A stretch of 64,000 nucleotides of DNA, from NCBI GenBank assembly GCA_038087875.1, contig JAXLNO010004071.1, forward strand, positions 62,001-126,000, in the 5' to 3' direction. Shown piece after piece: positions 9,989-22,169 of this stretch (position 1 is its first letter; the number at the start of each line of letters is the position of its first letter). Under the pieces are notes generated by a model. It searched no databases. It saw only the letters and a list, made by a program, of their open reading frames with translations, and was not told the DNA's origin. This DNA is from Malacoraja senta (lineage: Eukaryota). The translations under genes and the position numbers were made by a program.

Positions 9989-11754
9989 AAAAGATTAGTT
10001 AAAACAAATGTAGGTCCCTTGCAGTCAGAAACAGGTGAATTGATCATGGGGAACAAGGACATGGCAGACCAATTGAATAACTACTTTGGTTCTGTCTTCA
10101 CTAAGGAAGACTTAATTAACTGCCGAAAATAGCAGGGGACCGGGGCTCAAATGAGATGGAGGAACTGAGTGAAATCCAAGTTAGCCGGGAAGTGGTGTTA
10201 GGTAAATTGAATGGATTAAAGGCCGATAAATCCCCAGGGCCAGATAGGCTGCATCCCAGAGTACTTAAGGAAGTAGCCCCAGAAATAGTGGATGCATTAG
10301 TGATAATTTTTCAAAACTCTTTAGATTCTGGAGTAGTTCCTGAGGATTGGAGGGTACCTAATGTAACCCCACTTTTTAAAAAGGGAGGGAGAGAGAAAAC
10401 GGGGAATTACAGACCAGTTAGTCTAACATCGGTAGTGGGGAAACTGCTAGTCAGTTATTAAAGATGGGATAGCAGCACATTAGGAAAATGGTGAAATCAT
10501 TGGACAAAGTCAGCATGGATTTATGAAAGGTAAATCATGTCTGACGAATCTTATAAAAAATTTCGAGGATGTAACTAGTAGAGTGGATAAGGGAGAACCA
10601 GTGGATGTGTTATATCTGGACTTTCAGAAGACTTTCGACAAGGTCCCACATAAGAGATTAATATACAAACTTAAAGCACACGGTATTGGGGGTTCAGTAT
10701 TGATGTGGATAGAGAACTGGCTGGCAGACAGGAAGCAAAGAGTAGGAGTAAACGGGTTCAGAATGGCAGGCAGTGACTAGTGGGGTACCGCAAGGCTCAG
10801 TGCTGGGACCCCAGCTATTTACAATATATATTAATGATTTGGACGAGGGAATTGAATGCAACATCTCCAAGTTTGCGGATGACACGAAGCTGGGGGGCAG
10901 TGTTAGCTGTGAGGAGGGTACTAGGAGGCTGCAAGGTGACTTGGATAGCCTGGGTGAGTGGGCAAATGCATGGCAGATGCAGTATAATGTGGATAAATGT
11001 GTGGTTATCCACTTTGGTGGCAAGAACAGGAAAGTAGACTATTACCTGAATGGTGGCCGATTAGGAAAACGGGAGATGCAACGAGACCTGGGTGTCATGG
11101 TACACCAGTCATTGAAAGTAGGCATGCAGGTGCAGCAGGCAGTGAAGAAAGCGAATGGTATGTTAGCATTCATAGCAAAAGGATTTGAGGAGCAGGGAGG
11201 TTCTACTGCAGTTGTTCAGGGTCTTGGTGAGACCACACCTGGAGTATTGCCTACTGTTTTGGTCTCCTAATCTGAGGAAGGACATTCTTGCCATAGAGGG
11301 AGTACAGAGAAGGTTCACCAGACTGATTCCTGGGATGTCAGGACTTTCATATGAAGAAAGACTGGATAGACTCGGCTTGTACTCGCTAGAATTTAGAAGA
11401 TTGAGGGGGGATCTTATAGAAACTTACAAAATTCTTAAGGGGTTGGACAGGCTAGATGCAGGAACATTGTTCCCGATTTTGGGGAAGTCCAGAACAAGGG
11501 GTCACAGTTTAAGGATAAAGGGGAAATCTTTTAGGACTGAGATGAGAAAAACATTTTTTACACAGAGAGTGGTGAATCTCTGGAATTCTCTGCCACGGAA
11601 TGTAGTTGAGGCCCGTTCATTGGCTATACTTAAGAGGGAGTTAGATGTGGCCCTTGTGGCTAAAGGGATCAGGGGTTATGGAGAGAAGGCAGGTACAGGA
11701 TACTGAGTTGGATGATCAGCCATGATCATATTGAATGGCGGTGCAGGCTCGAAG
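9989..11754 (+). mobile_element. 5'-truncated CR1 ORF2 (RT), frameshifted; 3'UTR cut short
   Basis: KSPGPD, NYRPVSLTS, YLDFQKTFDKVPH, GVPQGSVLGP and KFADDTK motifs across ORFs 10156-11706. Confidence 0.95.
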
Positions 11755-12942
11755 ACTTTCAGAAGGCTTTCGACAAGGTACCACATAAGAGATTAGGATA
11801 CAAACTTAAATCACACGGTATTGGGGGTTCAGTATTGATGTGGATAGAGAACTGGCTGGCAAACAGGAAGCAAAGAGTAGGAGTAAACGGGTCCTTTTCA
11901 CAATGGCAGGCAGTGACTAGTGGGGTACCGCAAGGCTCAGTGCTGGGACCCCAGCTATTTACAATTTATATTAATGATCTGGACGAGGGAATTGAAAGCA
12001 ACATCTCCAAGTTTGCGGATGACACTAAGCTGGGGGGCAGTGTTAGCTGTGAGGAGGATGCTAGGAGATTGCAAGGTGACTTGGATAGGCTGGGTGAGTG
12101 GGCAAATGTTTGGCAGATGCAGTATAACGTGGATAAATGTGAGGTTATCCACTTTGGTAGCAAAAACGGGAAGGCAGACTATTATCTAAATGGTGGCCGA
12201 TTAGGAAATGGGGAGATGCAGCGAGACCTGGGTGTCATGGTACACCAGTCATTGAAAGTAGGCATGCAGGTGCAGCAGGCAGTGAAGAAAGCGAATGGTA
12301 TGTTGGCCTTCATAGCAAGAGGATTTGAGTATAGGAGCAGGGAGGTTCTACTGCAGTTGTACAGGGTCTTGGTGAGACCACACCTGGAGTATTGCGTACA
12401 GTTTTGGTCTCCAAATCTGAGGAAGGACATTATAGCCATAGAGGGAGTGCAGAGAAGGTTCACCAGACTGATTCCTGGGATGTCAGGACTTTCATATGAA
12501 GAAAGACTGGATAGACTTGGCTTATACTCGCTAGAATTTAGGAGATTGAGAGGGGATCTTATAGAAACGTACAAAATTCTTATGGGGTTGGACAGGCTAG
12601 ATGCAGGAAGATTGTTCCCGATGTTGGGGAAGTCCAGGACAAGGGGTCACAGCTTAAGGATAAGGGGGAAATCCTTTAAGACCGAGATGAGGAAAAACTT
12701 TTTCACACAGAGAGTGGTGAATCTCTGGAACTCTCTGCCACAGAGGGTAGTTGAGGCCAGTTCATTGGCTATATTTAAGAGGGAATTAGATGTGGCCCTT
12801 GTGGCTAAAGGGATCAGGGGGTATGGAGAGAAGGCAGGTACGGGATACTGAGTTGGATGATCAGCCATGATCGTATTGAATGGCGGTGCAGGCTCGAAGG
12901 GCCGAATGGCCTACTCCTGCACCTATTTTCTATGTATCTATG
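11754..12942 (+). mobile_element. Second 5'-truncated CR1 directly in tandem; open RT C-terminal frame
   Basis: Restarts at DFQKAFDKVPH and runs through FADD to GYGEKAGTGY*, then the 3'UTR and TTCTATG-like tail. Further tail fragments extend to about 13105. Confidence 0.95.
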
Positions 12943-13587
12943 AAGGGCCGAATGGCCTTCTCCTGCAACTATATTCTGTGTTTCTATGTTTCTAAAAGCA
13001 GGAATGGGTTACTGATTCTAGATGCAGGCATGATCATATTGAATGGCGGTGCTGGCTCAAATGGCCGAATGGCCTATTCCTGTGCCTATTTTTCTATGTT
13101 TCTATAATTAGTATACATTCGGCTAATTGTGGTGTTTCTTGAAAACACGAAAACGAGAGAATGTAAAGGATCTGCAGAACAACTAAAAGACTGCAGAAAG
13201 CAGCTTGAAAAGGAGGCTCTTCATCTATACAACATAAGTATGTTTTATTCAGCTATCATTGTTTGTAGAGTTTCTTATTGGAATGAAAACATCATCCAAG
13301 TTTTGACCCTTCCTTGTTACTCCTGGTCCCAGGGGAATGGTTGGCATTAGCTCATTACCTTCATCCTAATAAAGGGTTGTTGTTCACAGTTGTGCCTAGG
13401 TTTTTATCAGTTATAACCTTGAGTTCACAAACTGTTCTTTGTCTGGGCTAAAGTTCACAGACTCTCCTTTTCAAGGAGTGAGCAGTTTTAAGCAAACTGA
13501 CTTCAGCAAATCCTTACAAATTCCATCACCCCCCCCCCCCACTTTGATTCATCAATCAATGCCAGAGGGAATGAATCATCTAAGTAA

Positions 13588-14269
13588 AGGGGCCTGTCCC
13601 ACTTACGTGTCCTTGGCACGCATATTACGCGTTGAGCCACGATGGTCCGGCGAAGGTCGGGCGCGATTACATGCGTACGTACAGCCGTCTGGAGCGCGTG
13701 ACGTCATTTGAAGATGGACACAAAGCTGGAGTAACTCAGCGGGATCGGCAGCATCTCTGGAGAGAAGGAATAGATGACGTTTCATGTCGAGACTCTTCTT
13801 CAGTCTGAAAAGAAGGGTCTTGACCCGAAACATCACCCATTGCTTCTCTCCAGAGATGCTGCCGGTCCCGCTGAGTTACTCCTGCATTTCGTGTCTATCT
13901 TCAATTTTCTTGGCCCCGCTCTGGGAGTAGAAGTGGGGGCGGATCTGGACCGCAACGGCCGTGAGCCCCAGGCCGAGTTCGGCGATCGTTTGCCTGCTTC
14001 TGCTCCTGTTGAAAGTGAGACTTTGCGTCGCGCCAGGGTCTTGGGCCTGTCCCACTTTGGCCGTCAGTTCCGCGACAGGCCGTTGGCGCGCGAAGGTTTC
14101 GTTCACTACAAAATTATTGGAGCCCCGCGCGATGTCGCGCACAACTACATACCCCTCCGCGCTTCTCAGTGAGACCGGTCCCGCGCGGCCATACGATGCC
14201 CGTGAGCCTCAACGCGACCACGAGGTCGCATAATTTGTGTGCCAAGGACACGTAAGTGGGACAGGCCCT
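13588..14269. mobile_element. PIF/Harbinger-type MITE with about 42-bp TIRs and TAA TSD
   Basis: Left end AGGGGCCTGTCCCACTTACGTGTCCTTGGCAC; right end GTGCCAAGGACACGTAAGTGGGACAGGCCCT. TAA at 13585-13587 and 14270-14272. Confidence 0.8.
13710..13902. mobile_element. Palindromic Penelope pLTR-derived element nested in the MITE
   Basis: About 93-bp inverted arms centred on TTCAGTCTGAA (13799-13809). Confidence 0.8.
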
Positions 14270-15292
14270 TAAAAATACCAAGGAAGGGTAGCGCAGCTAC
14301 ACATCACTGGATATCTTTAACCTGTTCAATCACTGGATATCTTTAACCTGTTCAATGCCACCGCCGAGTACACTAAGGATCATGGCCAATAGTGAAAAAT
14401 AAACTTGGCAGTGAACAGCTTAATGGTCTCCATATTTTAGAGAAAGCCTTCAATGCCCATGAGGGGTGAGCCTTATTATATCTATGTTTCTCTAAATATA
14501 GGAAGCACTTTTGTGGTAAAAGATGGGGCAGCTCGGGCCTCGAAAAGATCCAACCTTATGTGCAGCTTTACATTTGTTTATATGCAATAAGCAAAAAGAA
14601 CACAATAGAAGATAAAACATGATAATAACTATAAGCAAAGCCAAGAGATCGTGGCCTTACACGAGTTGCTGCCTTGCAGCACCTGAGACCCGGGTTTGAA
14701 CCTGACTACGAGTGGTGACTGTACGGAGTTTGCATGTTCTCCCCGTAACCTGTGTGGCTTTTCTCTGAGATGTAGGTAAATTGGCTTGGTATAATTGTAA
14801 ATTGTCCCTAGTATGGGCTGAAGGGCCTGTTTCAGCAATGTATCTCCAAAGCAGTGGTTCTTAACCTGGGGGTCATGACCCCCACGGGGGTCACTTGGGG
14901 GTTTTCCGGGGGTCATGAAGGGGTTGTAAAGAACATCAATTTGTTGAGCCTATTTTGAGGAACCTAACAAAGGTACATACCACACACAGTATTTTGTTCA
15001 CGAATGCGCGTACGTATACACAGGGCCTATGAGAGGGGGGTGCAGGGGGTACATCGTACCCGGGCCCAGAGTCCAATAGGAGCCCGGGAGCTGAAGGAGG
15101 GGGGGTGGGAATTTCGTGAAATCTCAGAAAATGTTTGCATATATTTTGTGAAGACTAGCATTCACATTTTGTGCCTTCAGAGTTTTATATATCGTAATTC
15201 GTAGAAATTGTGATCCATAATATAGCAGGGAATTTTAACTGGCGGGTGTGTGGTCGGGGTAACCTGATTAAAAGAGGGGGAAGGGGAAGAAC

Positions 15293-15540
15293 CATCACTA
15301 CTCATGGGTCTTCCCTGTAGGAGGAGGGAGAGCACTAGGACCCAACAGAGTCATCACTACTGATGGATCTTCCCTGTAGGACAAGAAGGGGGGAGAGCAC
15401 TAGGACCCAGCAGAGTCATCACTACTGATGGATCTTCCCTGTAGGAGAAGGAGGGGGGAGAGCACTAGGACCCAGCAGAGTCATCACTATTGATGGGTCT
15501 TCCCTGTAGGAGGGAGGGGGGGAGCACTAGGAACCAGCAA
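15293..15540. repeat. 60-65 bp tandem repeat, 4 copies
   Basis: CATCACTACTGATGGATCTTCCCTGTAGG...GAGCACTAGGACCCAGCAGAGT starts near 15293, 15352, 15417 and 15482. Confidence 0.85.
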
Positions 15541-16020
15541 TCAGACCATGTGCTGTCTGCATGGTTTAGGTTGTGGGCCTGGTGCTATGCTGGGAACTCT
15601 GGTGAGGTGACGGGTCTGGCCCGCTGGTGGCCGGTGGAGAGGCGAGGGTCGGCAGAGTCGCTGGTGGAGGCCCGTGGGGAGCTGGAGTAGAGATATGGGC
15701 AGCAGCATCATTGGCTTTCTGAAGACAGTGAAGGTCGGCGACAGTGGCTGCGGTGGCCTCGCCCGGGGAGGTGGTGAGAGTCGGCAGCCGCGTCTGTTTC
15801 AGTGGTCCGGGCCTGGGTTTGGGTCAGTGTGTGGATGGGTGTGTGTGAGTGAGTGGGTGAGGGTGTGTGTATGTGTGTGGATGTGTGTGGCTGAGTGCGT
15901 GGGTGAGGGTGTGTGTATGTGTGTGGGTGTATGTGAGTAGGTGAGTGAGTGTGTGTCTGAGTGTATGTGTGTGTTAGTGGGAGGGTGAATTTTATAAATG
16001 AAGTTAAAACCATTAGATCT

Positions 16021-17182
16021 AATAATAATAATAATAATAGATTTTATTTATATAGCGCTTTTCAGGACTCAAAGTCGCTTTACAATTGAGAGTCAGGAAT
16101 AAACAAAACAAAATAGAGCAGTAAGACAAAGGGGGGGGGGGAACATGGGACTAAGGGTATGCAGAGGTGAAGAGATGGGTCTTGAGGCGGGACTGGAAGA
16201 TGGTGAGGGACTCAGAATTTCGGACCGGTTGTGGGAGGGAATTCCAGAGCCTGGGAGCTGCCCTGGAGAAGGCTCTGCCTCCAAAAGTGCAGAGGTTTGA
16301 TTTCGGAGTGGAGAGGAGACCAGCTGATGTGGATCTGAGGGACCGTGAGGGTTGGTAGGGGGAGAGGAGGTCAATGAGATAAGGGGGGGCCAGGTTGTTG
16401 AGGGCTTTGTAGGTGAGGACCAGGATTTTGTAGGTGATCCGGTGGGAAATGGGAAGCCAGTGAAGTTCTTTGAGAACTGGGGTGATGTGGTGCCAGGATT
16501 TGGTGTGGGTAATGAGTCGAGCGGCTGCATTTTGGACCAGTTGAAGTCGTTTGATGCTGCTGGAATTGATTCCGAAAAGAAGAGAGTTACAGTAGTCCAG
16601 TCGGGAGGAGATGAAGGCATGGATGAGTCTTTCAGCAGCGGGGGGTGTGAGAGACGATCTGATTTTTGCAATGTTGCGGAGGTGAAAAAAGGATGTTTTG
16701 ACAACATGGCGGATGTGAGGCTCAAGGGAGAGGGTTGAGTCAAGGATCACGCCAAGGTTGCGTGCCTGAGGAGATGGGGAGACAGTGGTGCCGTCGATAG
16801 TGAGAGTGGGGTTGTTAATTTTAGTGAGTGTTGATTTGGAGCCAATGAGGAGAAATTCTGTTTTGCTACTGTTTAATTTAAGGAAGTTGAGTTGCATCCA
16901 AGATTTGATGGCTGATAGGCAGGAGTTGATATGGGAGAGAGGGGGGTGGTGGGGGGACTTGGTGCTGAGATAGATCTGGGTGTCATCAGCATAGCAGTGG
17001 AAGTCCAGGTTGAAGTGACGGAGTATATGACCAAGGGGGAGGATGTAGATGATGAAGAGGAGGGGACCAAGAACGGAGCCTTGGGGAACGCCTTGAGTGA
17101 CAGTGGCTGTGGCAGAGGTGTGGTTATGGAGAGAGATGAAGTGGGATCGGTTGGAAAGGTAAGAACGGAACCAGCTGAGTGC
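16021..17182 (-). mobile_element. 5'-truncated L2-type LINE
   Basis: ORF 16151..16897 (LKLNSSKTEFLL, RNLGVILD, SRLDYCNSLL, LQLVQNAAAR, AFSRAAPRLWNSLP) and an (ATT)n tail. AGATCT flanks both ends (16015-16020, 17183-17188). Confidence 0.92.
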
Positions 17183-18456
17183 AGATCTGTTGAACTTGTT
17201 AACAGACTATTGACTTGGTAACCTGTTTCCAAATGTTTGTGTTAGCTTCAGAATACTATTAACAATTCCAGCAACAGTAGCTTCTGCAGAGAGGTCATTT
17301 AGCAAACTCAAGCTGATTAAGGTCGACAATGTCTCATGAACGTCTTGTGGATTTGGCCAGGCTAAGTATTCAAAGTTAAAGTCAGTTTTATTCATCACAT
17401 ACACCCGAAGGTGCAGTGAAGTGAATTTGCCAGCAGTGATACACGTAAAAAGAACACACAATACACAATAAAATTGAACACAAACATCCACTACAGCATT
17501 TTTCACTGTGGTAGAAGGCAACAAGTTTCAGCCAGTCTTCCTCCTTTGTTCACCCGTGTTCGGAGCCATAACCCCTCCGTAGTCGCATCCAGGGACGGCC
17601 CGATGTACAAGGCCCTCTCGTCGGGATGATCCAAACTCCGACGTTGGGACGAACAAACACACTCTGCGGCTTGGAGGTCCCGACTCGGCACTTTCCTGCT
17701 GGAGACCGCAGCTTCAGGATGTGAGCCAGCGGTTCGAGCTCGTCTCTGGTGATCCCCGGCGAGGGATCCCAGGATCCGGATGGTAAGTCCACGCCACGCC
17801 CGCGGTTAGAAGCTCCGCAGACCACAGCTCCACGGTGTCAACGTATTGAATCAATAGTATTGAATCATACATTGCCAGAACAATACATTTTTATGCTGTG
17901 ATTTGACATTTTTCACAAAAAAGGCCAGGAAACCTCTTTATATAAAATAAATTTATATAATAAATCTTTTACTTTTTACAAATAATTATGTCTTTTGATG
18001 ATATGAACTGCATTGAAACATAAAAAGATGTTTCAATGTGAATTCTTTCTCCTTATCTGTATTGTAGCATAAACAAAGATGTTCAAAACAAAGCTAGATT
18101 AAATGCTGGAGAAACTCAACGGGTGAGGCAGCATCAATAGAGTGAAGGAAAACAAATGAGCTTTCTGATCCTTTTATTTTATTTATACTTATTTATATTT
18201 ATCATGGAGGGTGTATAGGGACATAAGGCCTCAAATGCAGAAAATCAACAGAGCGCCCCATCCCACCCCTCTCTCATCTTCCATACCCCTTTTTGCCGTG
18301 CAGTCTCCAGCTCATGGCATAAAACTGTAGCATAGTGGATAAAAACAGGATGACTAATGGAGAAGGGAATGAGGCCCAAAATAAACTTTGTACCCACTGA
18401 TAAAATTCCTCTCAGGCCCTGCGTATACACGCACAAACAGTGTGTGTTGTGAACCA

Positions 18457-20222
18457 TGTCTTCCAAGACGCGCACGTATAGTGAAACATTTCTCAAGTTG
18501 GGCTTCACAAGCATTGTTCAAAATCCGTGGTCAAGCCGCGATGTGTTCTCTGTGCCAAGGTTTTGAGTCACGAGAGCATGAAGCCCAGCAAACTGAAGAT
18601 CCATTTGGAGTCTTGTCACAGTAACCTGGCGGGGAAGAGCGGGGACTATTTCAAACGAAAAGAAGCCATACTCAAGGGATCCCACATCTATTCAATGGGT
18701 AACTGTGCTCATCAAAATGAAGCAGCGTTGGAGGCTTCATACCGGATTGCTTATCGAATCGCACAGACTAAGAAACCTCACAGCATCGGTGAAGAGCTTA
18801 TCAAGCCACGCCTTCTCGAAACAGCGAAGTTGGTGCTGGGGGAAGAGCAGTCAAACAAGTTCAGGCAGATTTCCCTTTTGAATGACACAGTCAAAAGTTG
18901 AATCTCGGATATGAGTAATGATATTCTGCTACAAGTAGTGAGGGCTGTGACGAGCAGTCCAGTGTATTCACTGCAACTGGGAGAGTCAACAGATGTTGCC
19001 TCATGTTCCCAACTGCTAGTCTACGTTCATTACCTCAATGGAGAAGCCATGCGGAGGAGTACCTGTTCTCGGACCCATTGGCTACTACCACTCGGGGAGA
19101 AGATGTGTTCAGAATGCTGGAAGCCTTCCTCATCAAACATGAGCTTGGTGGGAATGCCTTGTCGGGATGTGTACAGTTGGGGCACCTTCCATGGTCAGCT
19201 GCAGATCCGGTTTCCAAGCCTTCGCGAAGGATGTCGCTCCCCATGTCTCCTTCACCCACTGCATGATACATCACCATGCTTTAGTGATGAAGACTCTCCC
19301 TCTTGGTCTTCGAGAAGTGCTTTCAGATGTGGTGAAGATTGTGAACCACATCCGAGAGAGTGCAACAAACTCAAGAATCTTCAAAGCGATGTGTGAAGAA
19401 ATGGGCGCCGATTTCACTATTCTGTTATTCCACACAGAGGTGCGCTGGCTTTCGCACTGGTAAATTTCTCAATCATGTGATTCAACGTTGAGAGGAAATA
19501 GCGCTGTTCTTGGAGAGAAGGGGTACTGAGAAGGAGAATCAGCTTCATGAAAAGATGCAGGTTGAACTGTTCGTGATGAAGGTTGCTTACTTGGCTGACT
19601 TCTTCGCTGAGGTGAATTCCTTGAACCTGTCACTTCAAGGAAACCTCCCAATGGCAAAGTGGCAGCATTCAGGAGGAATCTTTACCAGAGAAGAGTCCAG
19701 GACGGTGACTCAACTATCTTCCCTGAGATGACGACTCTCCTGGATGCTACGCCTGATGCTGAATGCCACTTCCATGAGGAGATCTCAACCCACCTTCTGG
19801 CAATTAGTGAAGCCATCGAATGTTACTTCCCCAGACTGGACGACCGCTCTCGTGATCAGTGGATCTTCCGACCCTTTTCCGTTGAAGGCGGTGCCATCAG
19901 TGATACTGATGTGACAGCGAAGGTTGAATTTTACCGAATTTGTGAAGATGCGCAGCTCAAGAGTGACTTCATGGAACAAGAGCTCGCCACGTTTTGGCTG
20001 AAAGTGAAGGACTGTCCTGCTCTTTCGAAGAGGGCCCTGACCCTATTGGTCCAGTCCCCCTCAACCTCTCACTGTGAGGGTGGATTCTCCACTATGGTAA
20101 CTCTGAAAACGAAGGTACGCAATAGGCTTGTGATCGACACTGACATGAGATGCTGCCTGTCGAGCATTCGTGCTCGTTTTGATTGCCTGATGACTGCGAA
20201 GCAATTTCAGCCATCCCATTGA
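18457..20222 (+). pseudogene. Degenerate Buster/ZBED5-SCAND3-like hAT transposase
   Basis: BED finger CVLC...HLESCH, LQLGESTD (first catalytic D apparently G), HCMIHHHAL, EVRWLS and CEGGFS, split over at least 6 frames with stops. Confidence 0.9.
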
Positions 20223-21261
20223 CTGAGCATTGGCTGACATGTTTTAATAAATCGGGCTGTTTTTTTTCAAATTTTGTTTTAGAGGTCACGGTACTGATCA
20301 AGAATGCCCGATGGGGTCGTGGGGCCAAAAAGATTAAGAACAACTGCTCTAAAGCTTAAAATTAAAGGGGCTAATAAAGGCCACAAAGTGGCTTTAGTGA
20401 GTCGGATTACAGAAAATCCCACATCTTTTTCAAGGTTTCATGGTTAGTTTATTGTCACATATACCAATTAAGGTACATTGAAATGCAGACTACCATACAC
20501 CATACTAAAAAAAGCAACAAGACACACAATAACATAAAAGTTAACATAAACATCCACAACAGAGGAGCCCGCACGTTCCTCACTGTGATGGAAGGCAATA
20601 AAGTCTAATCTCCTTCCTCTTTATCTCCTGCGGTCGGGGCAGTCAAACAATCTGCAGTCGGTGGTCGAAACCCCCATTGGGGAATCGAAACTCCCACATC
20701 GGAGCGGTCGGAGCGGTCGAAACTCCTGCGGCTTGGAGGTCCCGGATGTCGGTCTCGACCTGGGACCGCGGGCTCCGCGATGTTAAAGTCTTGCAGGCTC
20801 TCACAGTTGGAGCCCTAAAGTCGATCCCCGACAGGGATCGCGAGCTCCATGATGGTAAGTCCACAGGCTCCTGCGATGGATCTCCCGGTCGATCTCTAGC
20901 AAAGGCCGCCATTCCTCAATGTTAGGCCGCATTGTGGACGGAGATACGATACAGAAAATATCGCATCAACGTCGAGGTAAGAGATTAGGAAAAGTTTCCC
21001 ACAACTCCCCCAACCCCCCCCCCCCAAAACAAGCAAAAGAACACGAAAGAATATACATTTAACACATACAAAATGGACACAAAGAAGGAAGGGACAGACA
21101 TACTGTTGGCGAGGCAACCATTGCAGCAAAAGGTGGATTGCTTAAGGATATAGAAGGGAATATGTGCTTGGAGTTTGTGGATATAGGCGAGGTTTGGTTT
21201 CACCAAGGAAGACATGGAGAATAGTAAGGACTATTAATAGTACGTACATCATAAAATCCTC

Positions 21262-22045
21262 CATCATTTTTGCCACCTCCAACGGGATCCCACTACTGAT
21301 CACATCTTCCCATCTCCACCCCTTTCTGCTTTCCGCAGAGACCGTTCCCTCCGAAACTCCCATGTCAACTTGTCCCTTCACACCCAAACCACCCGCTCCC
21401 CGGCTACTTTCCCCTGCAACCGCCGGAGATGCAACACCTGTCCCTTTACGTCCCCCCTCGACTCCGTCCAAGGACCAAAAGTCTTTCCAGGTGAGGCAGA
21501 AGTTCACTTGCACCTCTTCCAACCTCATCTACTGTATCCACTGTTTCAGTTGTCAACTTCTCTACATCAGTGAGACCAAGCGCAGGCTCGGCGATCGTTT
21601 TGCTGAACACTTCCCCTCAGTCCGTCTTACCCTACCCGATCTCCCGGTGGCTCAGCACTTCAACTCCCCCTCCCATTCCCAATCTGACCTTTCTGTTCTG
21701 GGCCTCCTCCATTGTCAGAGTGTGGCCCAGCACAAATTGGAGGAACAGCACCTCATATTTCGCTTTGGTAGCCTATACTCCAGCGGTATGAACATTGACT
21801 TCTATAACTTTCGATAGCCCTTGATTTCTCTCTCCATCCCCTCCCCCTTCCCAATTCTCCCACCAGTCTTACTGTCTCCGCCGACATTCTATCTTTGTCC
21901 CTCCCCTGACATCAGTATGAAGAAGGGTCTCGACCCAAAACGATGCCCATTCCATCTCTCCAGGGAAGCTGCCTGACCCGCTGAGTTACGCCAGCATTTT
22001 GTGTCTCTCTTCGATTTTAACATCTGCAGCATCTGCAGTTCTTTC
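21262..22045 (+). mobile_element. Penelope-like element: GIY-YIG endonuclease region and pseudo-LTR
   Basis: FTCTSSNLIYCIHC...LLYISETKRRLGDRFAEH...PVAQHFN...KLEEQHLIF in ORF 21164..21817. Confidence 0.88.
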
Positions 22046-22169
22046 TTACACATGGAGAATCAATGTGGAGAATGCTAACATGCAGGGACACTTTGAAGTT
22101 AAGCAAGAAGGAGATGTTGGATCACTTGAAGAGAAATGTGGATAAATCCTCAGGACAGAGGGGTGTAGT

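Larger units (their letters stand above)
15021..18421. mobile_element. Non-autonomous hAT-like element nested in the Buster 5' region
   Basis: Termini CAGGGCCTATGAGAG and rc CAGGGCCTGAGAG. Perfect 8-bp TSD CGTATACA at 15013-15020 and 18422-18429. Confidence 0.85.
14852..20346 (+). mobile_element. hAT (Buster/Charlie-like) DNA transposon with nested insertions
   Basis: TIRs CAGTGGTTCTTAACCT and rc CAGTTGTTCTTAATCT. 8-bp TSD CTCCAAAG (14844-14851) / CTCTAAAG (20347-20354) with central TA. Confidence 0.88.

Noticed and set aside
11712-12851. Intact 379-aa host or RT gene
   Set aside because: It is a chimaera: the first 13 codons come from the 3'UTR of one CR1 and the rest from a 5'-truncated second CR1.
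15830-15975. Functional His/Thr-rich ORFs or Z-DNA element
   Set aside because: This is a degenerate (GT)n microsatellite inside a transposon; the ORFs are by-products.
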